DNA from: Basidiobolus meristosporus CBS 931.73
Taxonomy: Eukaryota > Fungi > Basidiobolomycota
Assembly: GCA_002104905.1 (NCBI GenBank)
Contig: MCFE01000425.1
Coordinates: forward strand, 13,575-77,574
DNA length: 64,000 bases
Reading direction: 5' to 3'
Part shown: positions 1 through 15,881 of the stretch, in pieces
Position numbering within the stretch: position 1 is the first letter of the stretch
Layout: every line of letters begins with the position of its first letter
Position numbers and translations under genes: made by a program
The notes under the pieces: generated by a model
What the model saw: the letters and a program-made list of their open reading frames with translations, nothing else
What the model was told of the DNA's origin: nothing
Databases searched by the model: none

Positions 1-19
1 CTAACGTGCCTTTTGCTAG

Positions 20-1303
20 CGTCCCTTCGTTTGCCCCTTCCCTGGTTGTGATAAGGCGTATTTCAGGGACAGCCATTTGACGGCGCACGCTAGAATTCAT
101 GATCCCGAAGCCACCAAAAAGTACACGTGCCCGCATGATGGGTGTGACGCCAAGTTCGCCACCAACCAACACCTCAAACGACATATGCTTGTTCACGAAA
201 CCCCAAAACCTTACAAGGTACTTCTTCCTGTCTCTGGTTGAAGATGGCACAGTCACTCAGCCACCCTTTTCAAAGTGCTCTTACCAGGATTGTAAGGAGG
301 CTTTTGCCAAGCATATACAGCTCCGCAAGCACCTGTGCCTTCACACCGGTCAGCAGCCATTTATCTGCGATGTCGCAGGTTGCTCCAAGGGGTTTCCTAC
401 TGCAAGCAAGTTAAAGAAACACAAAATCACTCACACGGGTACGTTTTTGGGCTTTTTTGCGACCTCCTCCTTAGCTTGCTTCTCACCCTTGCACTTGACC
501 ATAACATCTGCAGAAAAGCAAAGGTATTTCTGTGGACATGAGGGCTGCGAGGCGGGATTCACCAAATGGTCCGAACTGCAGGTGCATTCAAGAGAGGCGC
601 ACAAGATCCTATGCCCGTTCTGCACCAAGGAATTCAAGAGAAAAGATATACTCAGTGACCACCTCAAAGTTCACGACCCCAACCGACCCAAGTTTCCTTG
701 TGACCAAGTCGGGTGTGACAAGGAGTTCCTCAGTGTTTGTGAACCCCGGTTCCTTCTTCAATCGGGCTTGATGCTAACTCCCCTCGAACTGCTAGGAATC
801 TGCACTTAGATCCCACATCAAATCCAAGCACTCGACGGAGCGACCGTTTGTCTGTGAGGAGACTGGCTGTGGACAACGATTTGCCCACAAATATCTGCTC
901 ACCCGACACTCCAAGATCCACCTTAGATCCTCGGTAAGTGGCGGTGCATTGCCTAGGAGCATCACGTTGGTCTAAGATATGCTTGCTTTCACAGGAGGAG
1001 CCGGCGCTGAAGAGGCGTAAGGTCAACGAGGCCCCATCTCTGCTCGATATCTTCACCGGACACAACTACATCACCCCGGAGAGCAACCGAGAAATCCCGT
1101 GCGCTGCTCCTGGCTGCAAATACATGTTCATGCGGATGTACGATATGAAGAGGCACTTGCAGAGCATGCACCCGGAATACGAGGATGGCCAGAGCAGCTC
1201 GGATGATTCGGATGATTCAGGCGAAGGGTACTTGGATGATACCTCGCTCATTGAAGTCCCATATTTAGATGTTGATGACTATGCGCCAACAGACATTGTC
1301 TGA
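20..1303 (+). CDS. PZF1: Transcription factor IIIA-like multi-C2H2 zinc finger protein (5' end outside window; exons approx 20-217, 276-438, 514-734, 796-933, 995-1303)
   Basis: Joining GT-AG bounded exons gives 9 tandem C2H2 fingers (RPFVCPFPGC..HARIH, YTCPHDGC, YKCSYQDC, FICDVAGC, YFCGHEGC, ILCPFC, FPCDQVGC, FVCEETGC). A basic NLS-like spacer (LKRRKV) precedes an isolated last finger (IPCAAPGCKYMFMRMYDMKRHL) and an acidic tail. This architecture matches fungal TFIIIA. Branch point CTAAC at 1-5 and acceptor TAG at 17-19 show the gene starts upstream. Confidence 0.78.
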
Positions 1304-2032
1304 GCACTCCGACCAATATACCTTAATGTAATCCACCTTCCACCTTCCACCTACCACCTACCACCCACCACCTACCCCCGCCCCGCCAGCCATCCACCAC
1401 TGCTGACCCAAATAAATAGAGGCGGTTAGGCATGTGAATTCTAGGCTGCCATCCCATTTTCGGGTGGCCCATTCAGATCACCCACTATCTCATCGGAGGG
1501 ATGGGTGGATGACGTAAGCACCCTGCAGGATGCTCGATTTCACATCCATGTAATGGATGGGTGATGACAAAACAGCAAAGTCTCGCAGCTGACACTCACC
1601 TTCATTGAGCTAGGCAAGCACTTTGTAGAGCGCACAAAAGATCGGCATTTGAGTGCAATCGGTTTCCCTCGTCCCGACCCTCCCATTGGTCCCTGGCGAA
1701 GAAATCCCATACTTTTGCTTCCTAGTAATGAGGATGTTGATTCTGGGGCACGCAATCAAGAGCATATATCTACTTTATAGAATCGATTCATAAATGAACT
1801 GATAAGGGCTTGCGTATAACGAGATCCTCCCGGTCCCTTTTAAATAAATCAATCCAATTTCTGGCCCACTGTTTGTTTGAATAACGACTGAACGTAGTAG
1901 GTTCGGTTTCCATTCGCAACAATTGAATTCCTTATCCACATTACCGATTTACCACTTTCACATCCAGTAGTTCTTGCCTGCTTTTTAGTCTTCGTTCATC
2001 TTGTCCTAAAGTATTACAATAGAAACTCAAAT

Positions 2033-6920
<4,888 letters not shown>

Positions 6921-7046
6921 AATTGCCAACAGGTGGGGCAATCTGCCCGAGTCTCCGTTTGGTGCCTTCCCAGCACCTCAAGTCTCATCACCACCTCCCC
7001 ATCGCTATATACATTAACCCACAGCCGTAGCCTACGAAACCAATCC

Positions 7047-7083
7047 CATCACCATCACCACCACCATCACCACCACCACCACT
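7047..7083. repeat. (CAC/CAT)n microsatellite in the UBP15 3' region
   Basis: About 12 CAC/CAT units read directly from the sequence. Confidence 0.9.
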
Positions 7084-7391
7084 CCCACTCCAAACCGTCA
7101 CCAAGAATGAATGAACCAAGTGTGTAGGGACTTTTCTGGACAGGTTAAATTCCGAGATGTTCTTCAAAAGTATATTTTCTTCGTCGTAGTTTCTTTTTTG
7201 TACTCTCCCCACCCCACCCCCCCCAAAGTCCAAGTCGGTCGGCGGGTTTTTATTTAATTAAACGAATGGAATCTGCTAACCCGAACCACGTCTATATGGG
7301 TATGCTGGCGCGATGGTCAGGGTAGGGGGGGGGTAAGGGTCAGGTCGGGTCGGGGTCGGGGTCGATTCGTGATCGGTTCGTCGTCTACTCC

Positions 7392-7859
7392 TCACATCCA
7401 CCAGGAGGTGGCCACCGTCAGCATGCCCAACGTGGTCAGTACCGGTCCTTGGCCGAGGGTAGACCCGGATGATTCTGCCTCCACGAGTACGGGGTCTTTC
7501 ATGGTGGTGCTGACGGTGACCTGCTCGGGAAGGGGGTGAAGGGCTGGGCAGTCGGAGGGCCGACCGGCGACCAGGGCCGAACCCATCCGGTCCACCGGGT
7601 AGGATCCGGCGCACACCCGTTCGCACGAGGAGGCCCAGCCGGCATCCTGGATCAGGTTGCAATGACACCCCCGGTCCAGGTCCGGTTGCTCGGGTGGAAA
7701 CGCCAGGCCGAGTCGCGACTCGGCGCATCCGGGGACTCGTACCAGGTGCCCGACCAGGCAGTCCTCGCAGTCGCGCGAGGGGTTCGTCGACTCCGCGAGT
7801 TCGCTCACGAGAAGGACGACCAGGAGGCTGGTGGTTAGTTGTCTGATGGGGTGGAACAT
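7392..7859 (-). CDS. Small secreted 8-cysteine (CFEM-like) protein with probable GPI-anchor signal, 155 aa, intronless
   Basis: ATG at 7859 gives MFHPIRQLTTSLLVVLLVSELAES (signal-peptide-like), then C-x2-C-x10-C-x19-C-x-C-x11-C-x3-C-x20-C, a P/T/S-rich stalk, and a small-residue site (ESSG) followed by a hydrophobic tail (PVLTTLGMLTVATSWWM*). Third codon positions are strongly G/C. A TATA-like (TA)n lies about 90 bp upstream. Confidence 0.7.
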   Translation of the reverse strand: MFHPIRQLTTSLLVVLLVSELAESTNPSRDCEDCLVGHLVRVPGCAESRLGLAFPPEQPDLDRGCHCNLIQDAGWASSCERVCAGSYPVDRMGSALVAGRPSDCPALHPLPEQVTVSTTMKDPVLVEAESSGSTLGQGPVLTTLGMLTVATSWWM

Positions 7860-7945
7860 GCGTGCGTGCGTGCGTGAATGAGGGGTAAAGTCCGATGGGA
7901 TGGGAGCGCTGGCGCTTGGGTTGCATTCCGTTGACCGTTGTTTCG

Positions 7946-7958
7946 TATATATATATAT
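7946..7958 (-). promoter_or_regulatory. TATA-like (TA)n element upstream of the secreted-protein gene
   Basis: TATATATATATAT in otherwise GC-rich DNA, about 90 bp 5' of the ATG at 7859. Confidence 0.4.
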
Positions 7959-7969
7959 GTGGTTCGGGG

Positions 7970-7995
7970 GGAGGAGGAGGAGGAGGAGGAGGAGG
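7970..7995. repeat. (GGA)n microsatellite; a (TGCG)n tract also lies at about 7859-7875
   Basis: Tandem GGA units read directly from the sequence. Confidence 0.9.
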
Positions 7996-8704
7996 CAGAC
8001 AATGTTCGGTGACCAACCGAATCGCCCCAATCGACTTCGAACGAATCCCTGAAACACACAATCGAGGTCGGTCCAACAAGATGGTTGCATCGATCAATCC
8101 ATGCACGACTCCCCCCTTCCCGTCCCCATTGTGCCATTTGTTTCCGGTCCAATTACCAGCCCCTATTTGTTCCCAGTACAGCGTGTGGAGTCATGGCGGC
8201 AATGGTGGTGGGCGGGATTGATTTTTTTCGGCGAACCACACGGACACATCCCAGTTAATGAAGGAAGCACTTGAACCACCGGGTCGGAGGGTGCAGATGG
8301 GTCCCACGGGTTCTTCCAAGACATGACCCGGAGTCCAATGGACCCCCAAGGTCCACATGGTGGTCACATGGCCAGCCAGGCATCTTCAACATTGGTGATC
8401 CATTTTAGAAGATCATTCCTGTACCATCAGCATGAATCTCCTGGTGCTGGCAATGCACTGTTGAGGTGAATCCCTTGGAAGCCCACCAGAATCAACTCAT
8501 ATCCAGTCCCACCAACTCTCCCACTCATGTCATTACCTGCACGGATGTCTATTTTTTGGAGCCTGGTCAAAGCGCCTTGAACCACCAGATCTCCCTGCCT
8601 GCCCATTTAAACCTCCAAGTCACTTCCAATACTCCCTTGAGCTGTGTAACTGGCACATGTGTACAGCCCTTATACCAGCACTCCAAATAGCACTACCTCT
8701 TCCT

Positions 8705-9036
8705 TGTTGTAAAAATTTGGAATTCCACCTAAATATTCACCTAACTTAGTCACTTAGATCATTACCCTCAAATCCTAGAGAATACTGACCAAATTCCTTA
8801 TTGGGATTTACTTAGAATATTTACCCAGAACATGAAAATTAGATAAGTTGTCCAAACAGCCCCAAACTTTGCACACATGTTCTTGGGACCTTCCTTGACC
8901 TATTCTACATGTTTGTAATGCCAAGACCAGGTAAAAGTATAAATACTACTTTTACATTCAATAAATCAGTAAGTGAAAACCACATAATCTACTTGTCCTC
9001 CCAATCACTTCCAATATCTCCAAGACTCTTACAACA
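8705..9036 (+). repeat. Copia-1 LTR (332 bp)
   Basis: TGTTG/CAACA ends; closely matches the reverse complement of 61121-61470 apart from an ~18-nt indel and scattered substitutions. Confidence 0.93.
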
Positions 9037-9048
9037 GGTTATGAGCCC
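9037..9048 (+). promoter_or_regulatory. Primer-binding site GGTTATGAGCCC (internal initiator tRNA-Met, half-tRNA type)
   Basis: Abuts the LTR end with no spacer. Same sequence type as the Ty5 and Drosophila copia PBS. Confidence 0.8.
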
Positions 9049-12000
9049 CAAGCTGTCACTCTCTGCAATGTCTACTACTGCTATTACTGGAATTTTTCCC
9101 TCTGCTGAAATGTTGGATGGATCTAACTACCAAGTGTGGAAGGTGAAGATGAAGATGCTGCTACAAGAAAGAGGCCTTTGGGATATTGTCATGGGAGAAG
9201 AATGCCCTCCTAAAAACGTGGGAGAGGAAGCCTTAAAGTACCAGAAAAAAGAACAAAGTGCCTTTAACTGCATTTGCCTTAATGTCAAGGACAAATTGCT
9301 AATTCAATGCTCAAGAGCAAAAACGGCAAAGAATGCCTGGAAAGCATTAGAAGACACCTACCAGTTATGTTCAGCTGTCAAGAAGATGTATCTGAGACAA
9401 AAATTCTTTACTACAAAGATGCTGCCAGGAGAAGAAATGAACAATCTAATTAACAGAATTACCCTGCTGGTAGATGAGATGGAATCTGTGGGTGTACCAA
9501 CTACTGATGAGGATGTGAGTTACCATCCTGAATAGCCTGACAGACAAGTTTCAGGGCCTTGTATCAGCCCTAGAGTCCAGAACTGAAGATTTGACCTTAA
9601 ATTACGTATATGGAAGGCTCCTGGATGAAGAATTAAGAAAATCAAGCACCAATAAGAAGGAAGAAGAAAATGCTTTAATAAACAATGATAACCAACAAAG
9701 AAGGTACCCAAGACCCTACAAAGGCAACAGCAACCTATTTTGCAACTACTGCAAAAGGAAAGGACACACATCAGACTGGTGTCTCAAAAAGAGAGATTAT
9801 CAGCAAAAGAAGCCTGAATATGGAAATGCTGCAACAACTGAAGATAGACTATTCATATCTGCACTAAATATGACCACAAAAAAGGATTCTCAGACGTGGT
9901 ATATTGACTCTGGAGCTTCTCAACACTTTACACACAAAAAAGAACTTTTTACCCAATATCAAGAATTCCAATTAAGAAGGTTTCATGGGTGACAATAGAA
10001 CACTTGATGCAGTGGGAGAAAGAACTATCCAAGTAAACCTAAGAAGCAGTGAAGGAAGCCATACACTGACCTTTAAAGAAGTACTCTATGTACCAGGAAT
10101 AGCCAAGAACCAACTATCTGTAAGCAAGGACACAAGACAAGGACTCAGTGTCAGCTTTGACAAATCTGCATGCAGGACCACTGATCAAAACAGCGCCCAT
10201 ATAACTTTGGGTATCAGAGATGAGAATCTATACAAGTTAACTTGTGTTCCATCATATCCAGAAGCAAATAGAGGTATCCTGAATCAAGAAGCACCAATGC
10301 TGTAGCACAGGAGATTTGGACCAGTAGATGCTGATTATTTGCACCATTTGATCAAAGATTGGCTAATTTCCAGAGTAAAAGTTGATTCCCCAGCTAATAT
10401 GAAGCACTGCAAAAGCCTGCAAATATGGTAAACAAGCCAGACAATCATTCATGAGTTCTGGGATATTTAAAACCAAGAAAATATTTGCTCTAATCCACTC
10501 ATATCTGTGCAGACCTATGCAAAATTTATCCCCAGGTGGGATGAAGTATTTGACCACTTTTGCACATGTTTAGACAAGCTATGCAGGGGTCTACTCCATG
10601 GAAAGAAAGGAAGGAGCTCTGTCTAGATTTAGGGAGCTTAAAGTCATGGTGGAGAGAGAAACTGGTGAGAAAATCAGGAAAATATGCTCTGACAATGGTG
10701 CAGAAGATACCTCAAAACTCTTCATCCACTACTGCAAGATTCATGAGACAAAGCTAACGACCACTGTATCATACTCCCCACAGCAAAATGGAGTGGTTGG
10801 ATGTGCAAACAGATCAATAATTGATACGGCACAATCTAAAAATACATGATCAAGAATTATCCTGTTTTTTTTTGGGTGGAATCAGTTGTCACATATGAAT
10901 ATGTTGAGATGGGCAGTTAAATTGAGGTACTTTCTAATTCTAGTCCATTTAAGATATTGTTTAGATACAGACCAAGTGAAGAACATCCCAGAATATTTGG
11001 GTACGCAGTATACACCCAGAAACTGCCAGGAAATCAGTCAAAGTTTATGCTAAAGTGTGAAATGCTTATATTTGGGCTACTGCAATGAGAGTAAGGCATA
11101 CAGACTCTGCAATACCAAAGCAAAGAAGCTGATTAAGTCCAGGGATGTGCTGTTTGATGAAAAATTGAATTTCTTCTACAAAATGACATCAGAGGATGTC
11201 AGAAATATGATCTTAAGTCCACCAATTGTAAAGATTGAATCAGTGCAAGAAAACAAAACATTTTTCACCCAATAGAGCTCTACAGCCATGGTACAGCCTG
11301 AATACTTGCCTAGGAATATCCCAGAAGTAATCATTCTGGTGTTACAAGCCAGTAAATCCTGTTGTAAGAATCCTGAAGATACAGGAAGTGATTGGGAGAA
11401 CAAGTAGATTTTGTGGTTTTCACTTAATGATTCATTGAATGTAAAGGTAGGACTCAAGCTTATATATTATCTTGGCATAACAGACATGTAGGATAGTCTC
11501 TGAAAGGTCTCTAAAGTATGTGTGCAAGTTTTGGGCTGTTTGGACATCTTTGAGAATTTCCATGTTCTGGGTATTTGATATTATGATGAAAATATTCTAG
11601 GTAAATCTCAACAAGGAATTTGGTCAGTATTCTCTAAGATATGTAGGTAATGATCCAAGTAACTAAGTTAGGTGAGTACCTAGGTGGAATTGCAAACTTT
11701 CACATCACTTGCACACAAAAAAATGTTCATACTGACCAGACCTAATTATGACATGTGATATTCAACTTGTCTCTGGCTAATGGTTTGGTAAATCTGTCAG
11801 CAATCATTTCATCTGAAGGACAGTAAGCTAAGCTAAGCTATTCTCTACAGCTTCACCTATGAAATGGTGACTAACATCTATGTGCTTGGTTCTTGCATGA
11901 AAATTTGGATTTTTACACAATTGGACACATCCTTGATTATACTGAAATAAACTAATAGACATTTTGTGATATAGGCCTATATCTGTAAAGGCTTTCTCAA

Positions 12001-12559
12001 CCATATTGCCTCTTTTGTAGCTTCACAGGCTGCCGTTTACTCTACCTCTGTGGTAGAAAGTGGTACAGTTGGTTGCTTTCTTGAATTCCATAAAATTGCC
12101 CCTGGACAATAAACAAAGGTGTATGCTGTGGTTAATCTTCTGTGTTTTGATCTGGCCCCCAACCAGAATCATAGTTTCCCACAAGGTCCTGTTCTAAATC
12201 CTTATAGGTGTATCTTAAGGAAACATTGGCAGTTCCTTTTAGGTATTTAAAAAGCCGCTTAACTGTTACAATATGATCAGATTCACAGTTTAAGCATGAT
12301 GGCTGACAACTCCCACTGAATGTGAGATATCTGGACATGTTTCAGGCATGATATGCATCAGACTGCAAAGTATCAGTTGATTAGGAAAGTTACAGCCTTC
12401 AGATAGAACCAAGCTCTCTTGATTTAGTTGTGTTTTGACCAAGTTATGACGTGTCTCCATTAGGGTAGGGGTTAGGTACTTAGGTACTGCTACCTTGGGT
12501 ATTGCGCATATAGTTCAAATCAAAAAAACTATGGCCTCCTACTTACTAACCACTACAAA

Positions 12560-14650
12560 CATGCACACCTACTGCAACGGACATACCTCTATCACCTCAA
12601 CTTTACAACTTTTTAGTGTGATACTTGCATGAGCACCTTCTGAATATCTGCAACAAGCTTTTTGGTATTTAGCTAATATATTACTTCTGCCTACTGGATT
12701 CTGGTCCCCCTTATAGGTGCACTGTTGCTCTTGTTGGTGTGAATTCTGTATTGAATGGTGTAGGAGTTGGCTTGTGACCAAGAGAAACCTAACATACTTT
12801 GGTAGAGTTTTCCTAATAATAATTAGTTGCTTGTTGAACCTAACCCAACTTTGCATTACTTAACTGATTACCCACACATTGGGGCTGCTTAACTTCTTAA
12901 TGCCAAAGGCATAGGTGTCTCCATGTATGGAATGGCTTCTGAAGGCCACTTGAATAAATAAATATCCTGTGCATCCAGTCCTTACACTTCTATTGTTGCA
13001 TATGCATATGAATTTTAATAGAAGCCCATAGTAAGTACTTAGGGTAGCAGACACACTGTAATATCTTGCCAATTCTTTCAGGTTTCTCCAGTATCTCCAA
13101 GGGCTTATTCAGCTTGAAATGCCCTATGTACAACTTGGTCATCAGTATAGGGATATTGTTGAAAAGCAAATGAATTGCCCCCAGTGGAAAGCTTTGGCTC
13201 CAACAGATACCCTCTATCTACAGTGTCTCTGGTCTCTGATTGATTCCATATCTCAGCCAATGGTAGATAACTTGACAACTTTGCTGCAATTGCATGCTGA
13301 CTTCTGTACATTGTCACTGCAGAAAGATGATGCTCTTAATGTTGGTATTTGGGTAATAATAATGTTTGCAAGTTGTGGAGTAAGTCCCCTGGATCTCTCA
13401 CATTTGACAGCAATACTGTCCATTGTGCCCAGAAAAGCCAGCTCTATTACTGATGGCTGGGGTATCTCCAATGCAGATACTAATATGCACTCTGACATGA
13501 TGGTCATTTACTGTTATCCTGCTAGAGAGTATACAAAATTTACCCAGCAATGAATACAGGTAACTATCAAGGTTGGATGGCAATTTAGGCCCAGACACTA
13601 TTGAGACTAGCATCAGATTTCTGCTCTGATGTTGTAAGATAGGCAGCATATTCAGGTTGATGAGAATCAGTGGCCAGCAGGATGTGCTGGTAGAGTACTT
13701 GTTTAATGAGAATCCTTAAAGTGCCAAGACAAAGACATGGTCATGCATACCTTCAAAGTAGCTCTTGCTTCTTAGCAATTTGTAATGCTTACCATCAAAT
13801 ATGATGGATATGTTTGCGCTTGGTTGATACTGCTCTGATACTGTAAGATAGGCAGCTGATACAGGTTAATGAGAATCAATAGCCAGCAGGATTTGCTGGT
13901 AGAGTGCTGGATTAATGAGAATATATCAGGTGCCAAGGCAAAGGCATGGTCATAAATACCTTGAAGTAACCCTTGCTTCTTAGCTGTTTGTAATGTTTGC
14001 CATCCAGTATATTGGATATGTTTGCACTTGATTAATCATGAGTGTAGTACTTTATAGCTGTGCAATATTTGTTGGGCTGCATGAGCTTCTTTAGACAGGT
14101 ATTACCATGTACATGGTAAGTTGCATCCCTGGATGAATCTGGAAAGAAGTAGTAAAAAATCCTGAAAACCCCCATTATTGATATTAGTGGAAATGCACCA
14201 CTTCTCTAGCCACAACATCAAATTATCCACCAGTAGTTGGATTACTAGGATCACTTGACTTTGTAGAGTGTCCTTGGCATTTTTTTCCACAGGTGTTGTC
14301 TTATTGCATAAAGAAAATTTACCAGGCTCACTCAGGGTATTACTGAAGGGTAGATAGGCCCTTAATCCATCAGTGAGCCTGCTTCTTCAGAGCTATTACT
14401 CTGTGTGTCATATTCAGAAGGCTGGGGGTGATCATAAATATGCCACAAACTCACCTGACTCAGTTTGAGCAAGGTAACAGGTGTGGTTAGGTGCTGTTTT
14501 AAAAGTATCAAGTGGCTGGCAAGATAATGTTGGTAAAGTAGTGATTGGTAAATGGTAATTATGACTTGCATGGCAAAACACTGGCAGTGATCCTTGTAAT
14601 ACTACCCATGTTGTCTGTGTGCTCCATGGATGAGAGACTTGCTACAATAG
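12560..14650 (-). pseudogene. Degenerate Tnp2-type (Transposase_21-like) CMC/EnSpm transposase
   Basis: Motifs SGPKLPSNLDSYLYSLL and IGDTPAISNRAGFSGHNGQYCCQM match the GPxxP/GDxPA/GHxG/CxxC pattern of EnSpm Tnp2. Many stops. Confidence 0.82.
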
Positions 14651-15881
14651 CCATATAGTCCTTTTTCTCTTCTCTTACAGCATTGAATTAATGTAATCAT
14701 GGCAAACAGTCTGACACTCTACAACACAATGCTATTATATCACTTTTTTGTCAATACTCATATAAGCTTAAGACAGTTGTGTATTTGAGATATTGCAACT
14801 ACATGAATGTAAGATTCAATGGTGACCTTTCATTGTATGCATTATAAATACAGTTGTGAAACATATACACATATATACGTAACACCATTTCCCATTTGGT
14901 TTGACTCACTTCCATATATATGCTGCCAAAAAATAAAGAAACGTTATCTGGCTACCAAACAAATCTCACTGCTGACAGCAGCAGAGAAACAGTTGGACAA
15001 CAGCTTGCTTTGACATTCAGTGCAACAAGCCAGGCTACAACCAAAAAAGACCTGTGAACAGTGTGCCCACTGGAGGTAATAATGCAGACTCCTCAGGCTT
15101 GCAGTCAAGTAGGCAGTTGGGATTCTTTGTGGAGGAGCAAGCTGACCATAATGCTGAGGCAGACAAGATTGTAGCAAAAGCTGTACCTCCAGCTGAGGAC
15201 CAGCAAGTGGCCATCAAAACATCACCACCACCTGTATCAGCAGTATGTTATCAGCTCATACTAAAGCATTACTGAGGGAATTAGGTGCAGTGGCTGATAG
15301 GATAGATGCCATGGCCCAGAAAAATCAGGAAATAGTGCGGAAACAGGATGAGCTGATAAAAGATATAGAGCTATCAGTATTCCAGGTAGAGAAATCTGTA
15401 GCTTTGCAGCAAAGAAGAAAATCAAGAAGCTCAATGTCACAGCCAAGAATTGAGCCATTTCCCAATATTACAGCAGAAGAATACTATACAGTCTTTGGAG
15501 TACAACAACAGTGCCCAGCAACAAAGCCCACAGAAAACACCATTACAGCATGGGAGGGAGACAATGTAGTGTATATGCCAAAGCATAAAAATAAAAAGAC
15601 ATTCAAGATTGGTAAAGCCAATGACTGCAATTATGAAGTGTGGGCTAATATTTAAGAGGCCATTAGAAGTCTGGCATGCCAACACCTCAAGGCTGGCACA
15701 ATATGGGCCCATCAGGAACTCAAGGCAGGCACAATGCACCGGACTTGCTCCATGATCATTATCCTGGATTCAAACAAGCAAACAGATTTTGGGCCAGCAT
15801 TAGTATGCTGAGATAGTATGTCAGTAATAGCAGAAACTGTCAAAGGCACAAGAACAAGGGTGCAATGGATAAAAACCCATG

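Larger units (their letters stand above)
8705..11359 (+). mobile_element. Copia-1 copy A1: 5' LTR, gag, protease and integrase; disabled and 3'-truncated
   Basis: LTR TGTTG..CAACA at 8705-9036, then PBS. Gag motifs LDGSNYQVWKVKMKMLLQERGLWDIV and a CCHC knuckle (CNYCKRKGHTSDWC), protease WYIDSGASQH, integrase PQQNGV. Many frameshifts and stops. Colinear with the young copy at 61-64 kb. Confidence 0.93.

Noticed and set aside
218-994. Plant-like 5S rRNA mimic (P5SM) in TFIIIA introns
   Set aside because: The visible introns are only 58-75 nt and show no similarity to 5S rRNA. The upstream part of the gene is outside the window.
1448-1515. H/ACA snoRNA (AGATCA fits an H box)
   Set aside because: The first hairpin is too short and there is no ACA box after the second. 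Kept only as a low-interest structure.
6933-7127. ORF encoding a poly-histidine run
   Set aside because: It is a CAC/CAT microsatellite just after the UBP15 stop, with no other coding signal.
7276-8106. 276-aa Pro/Arg-rich ORF overlapping the secreted-protein gene
   Set aside because: Alternative frame kept open by high GC. The 7392-7859 frame has the signal peptide, Cys pattern, GC3 bias and GPI tail.
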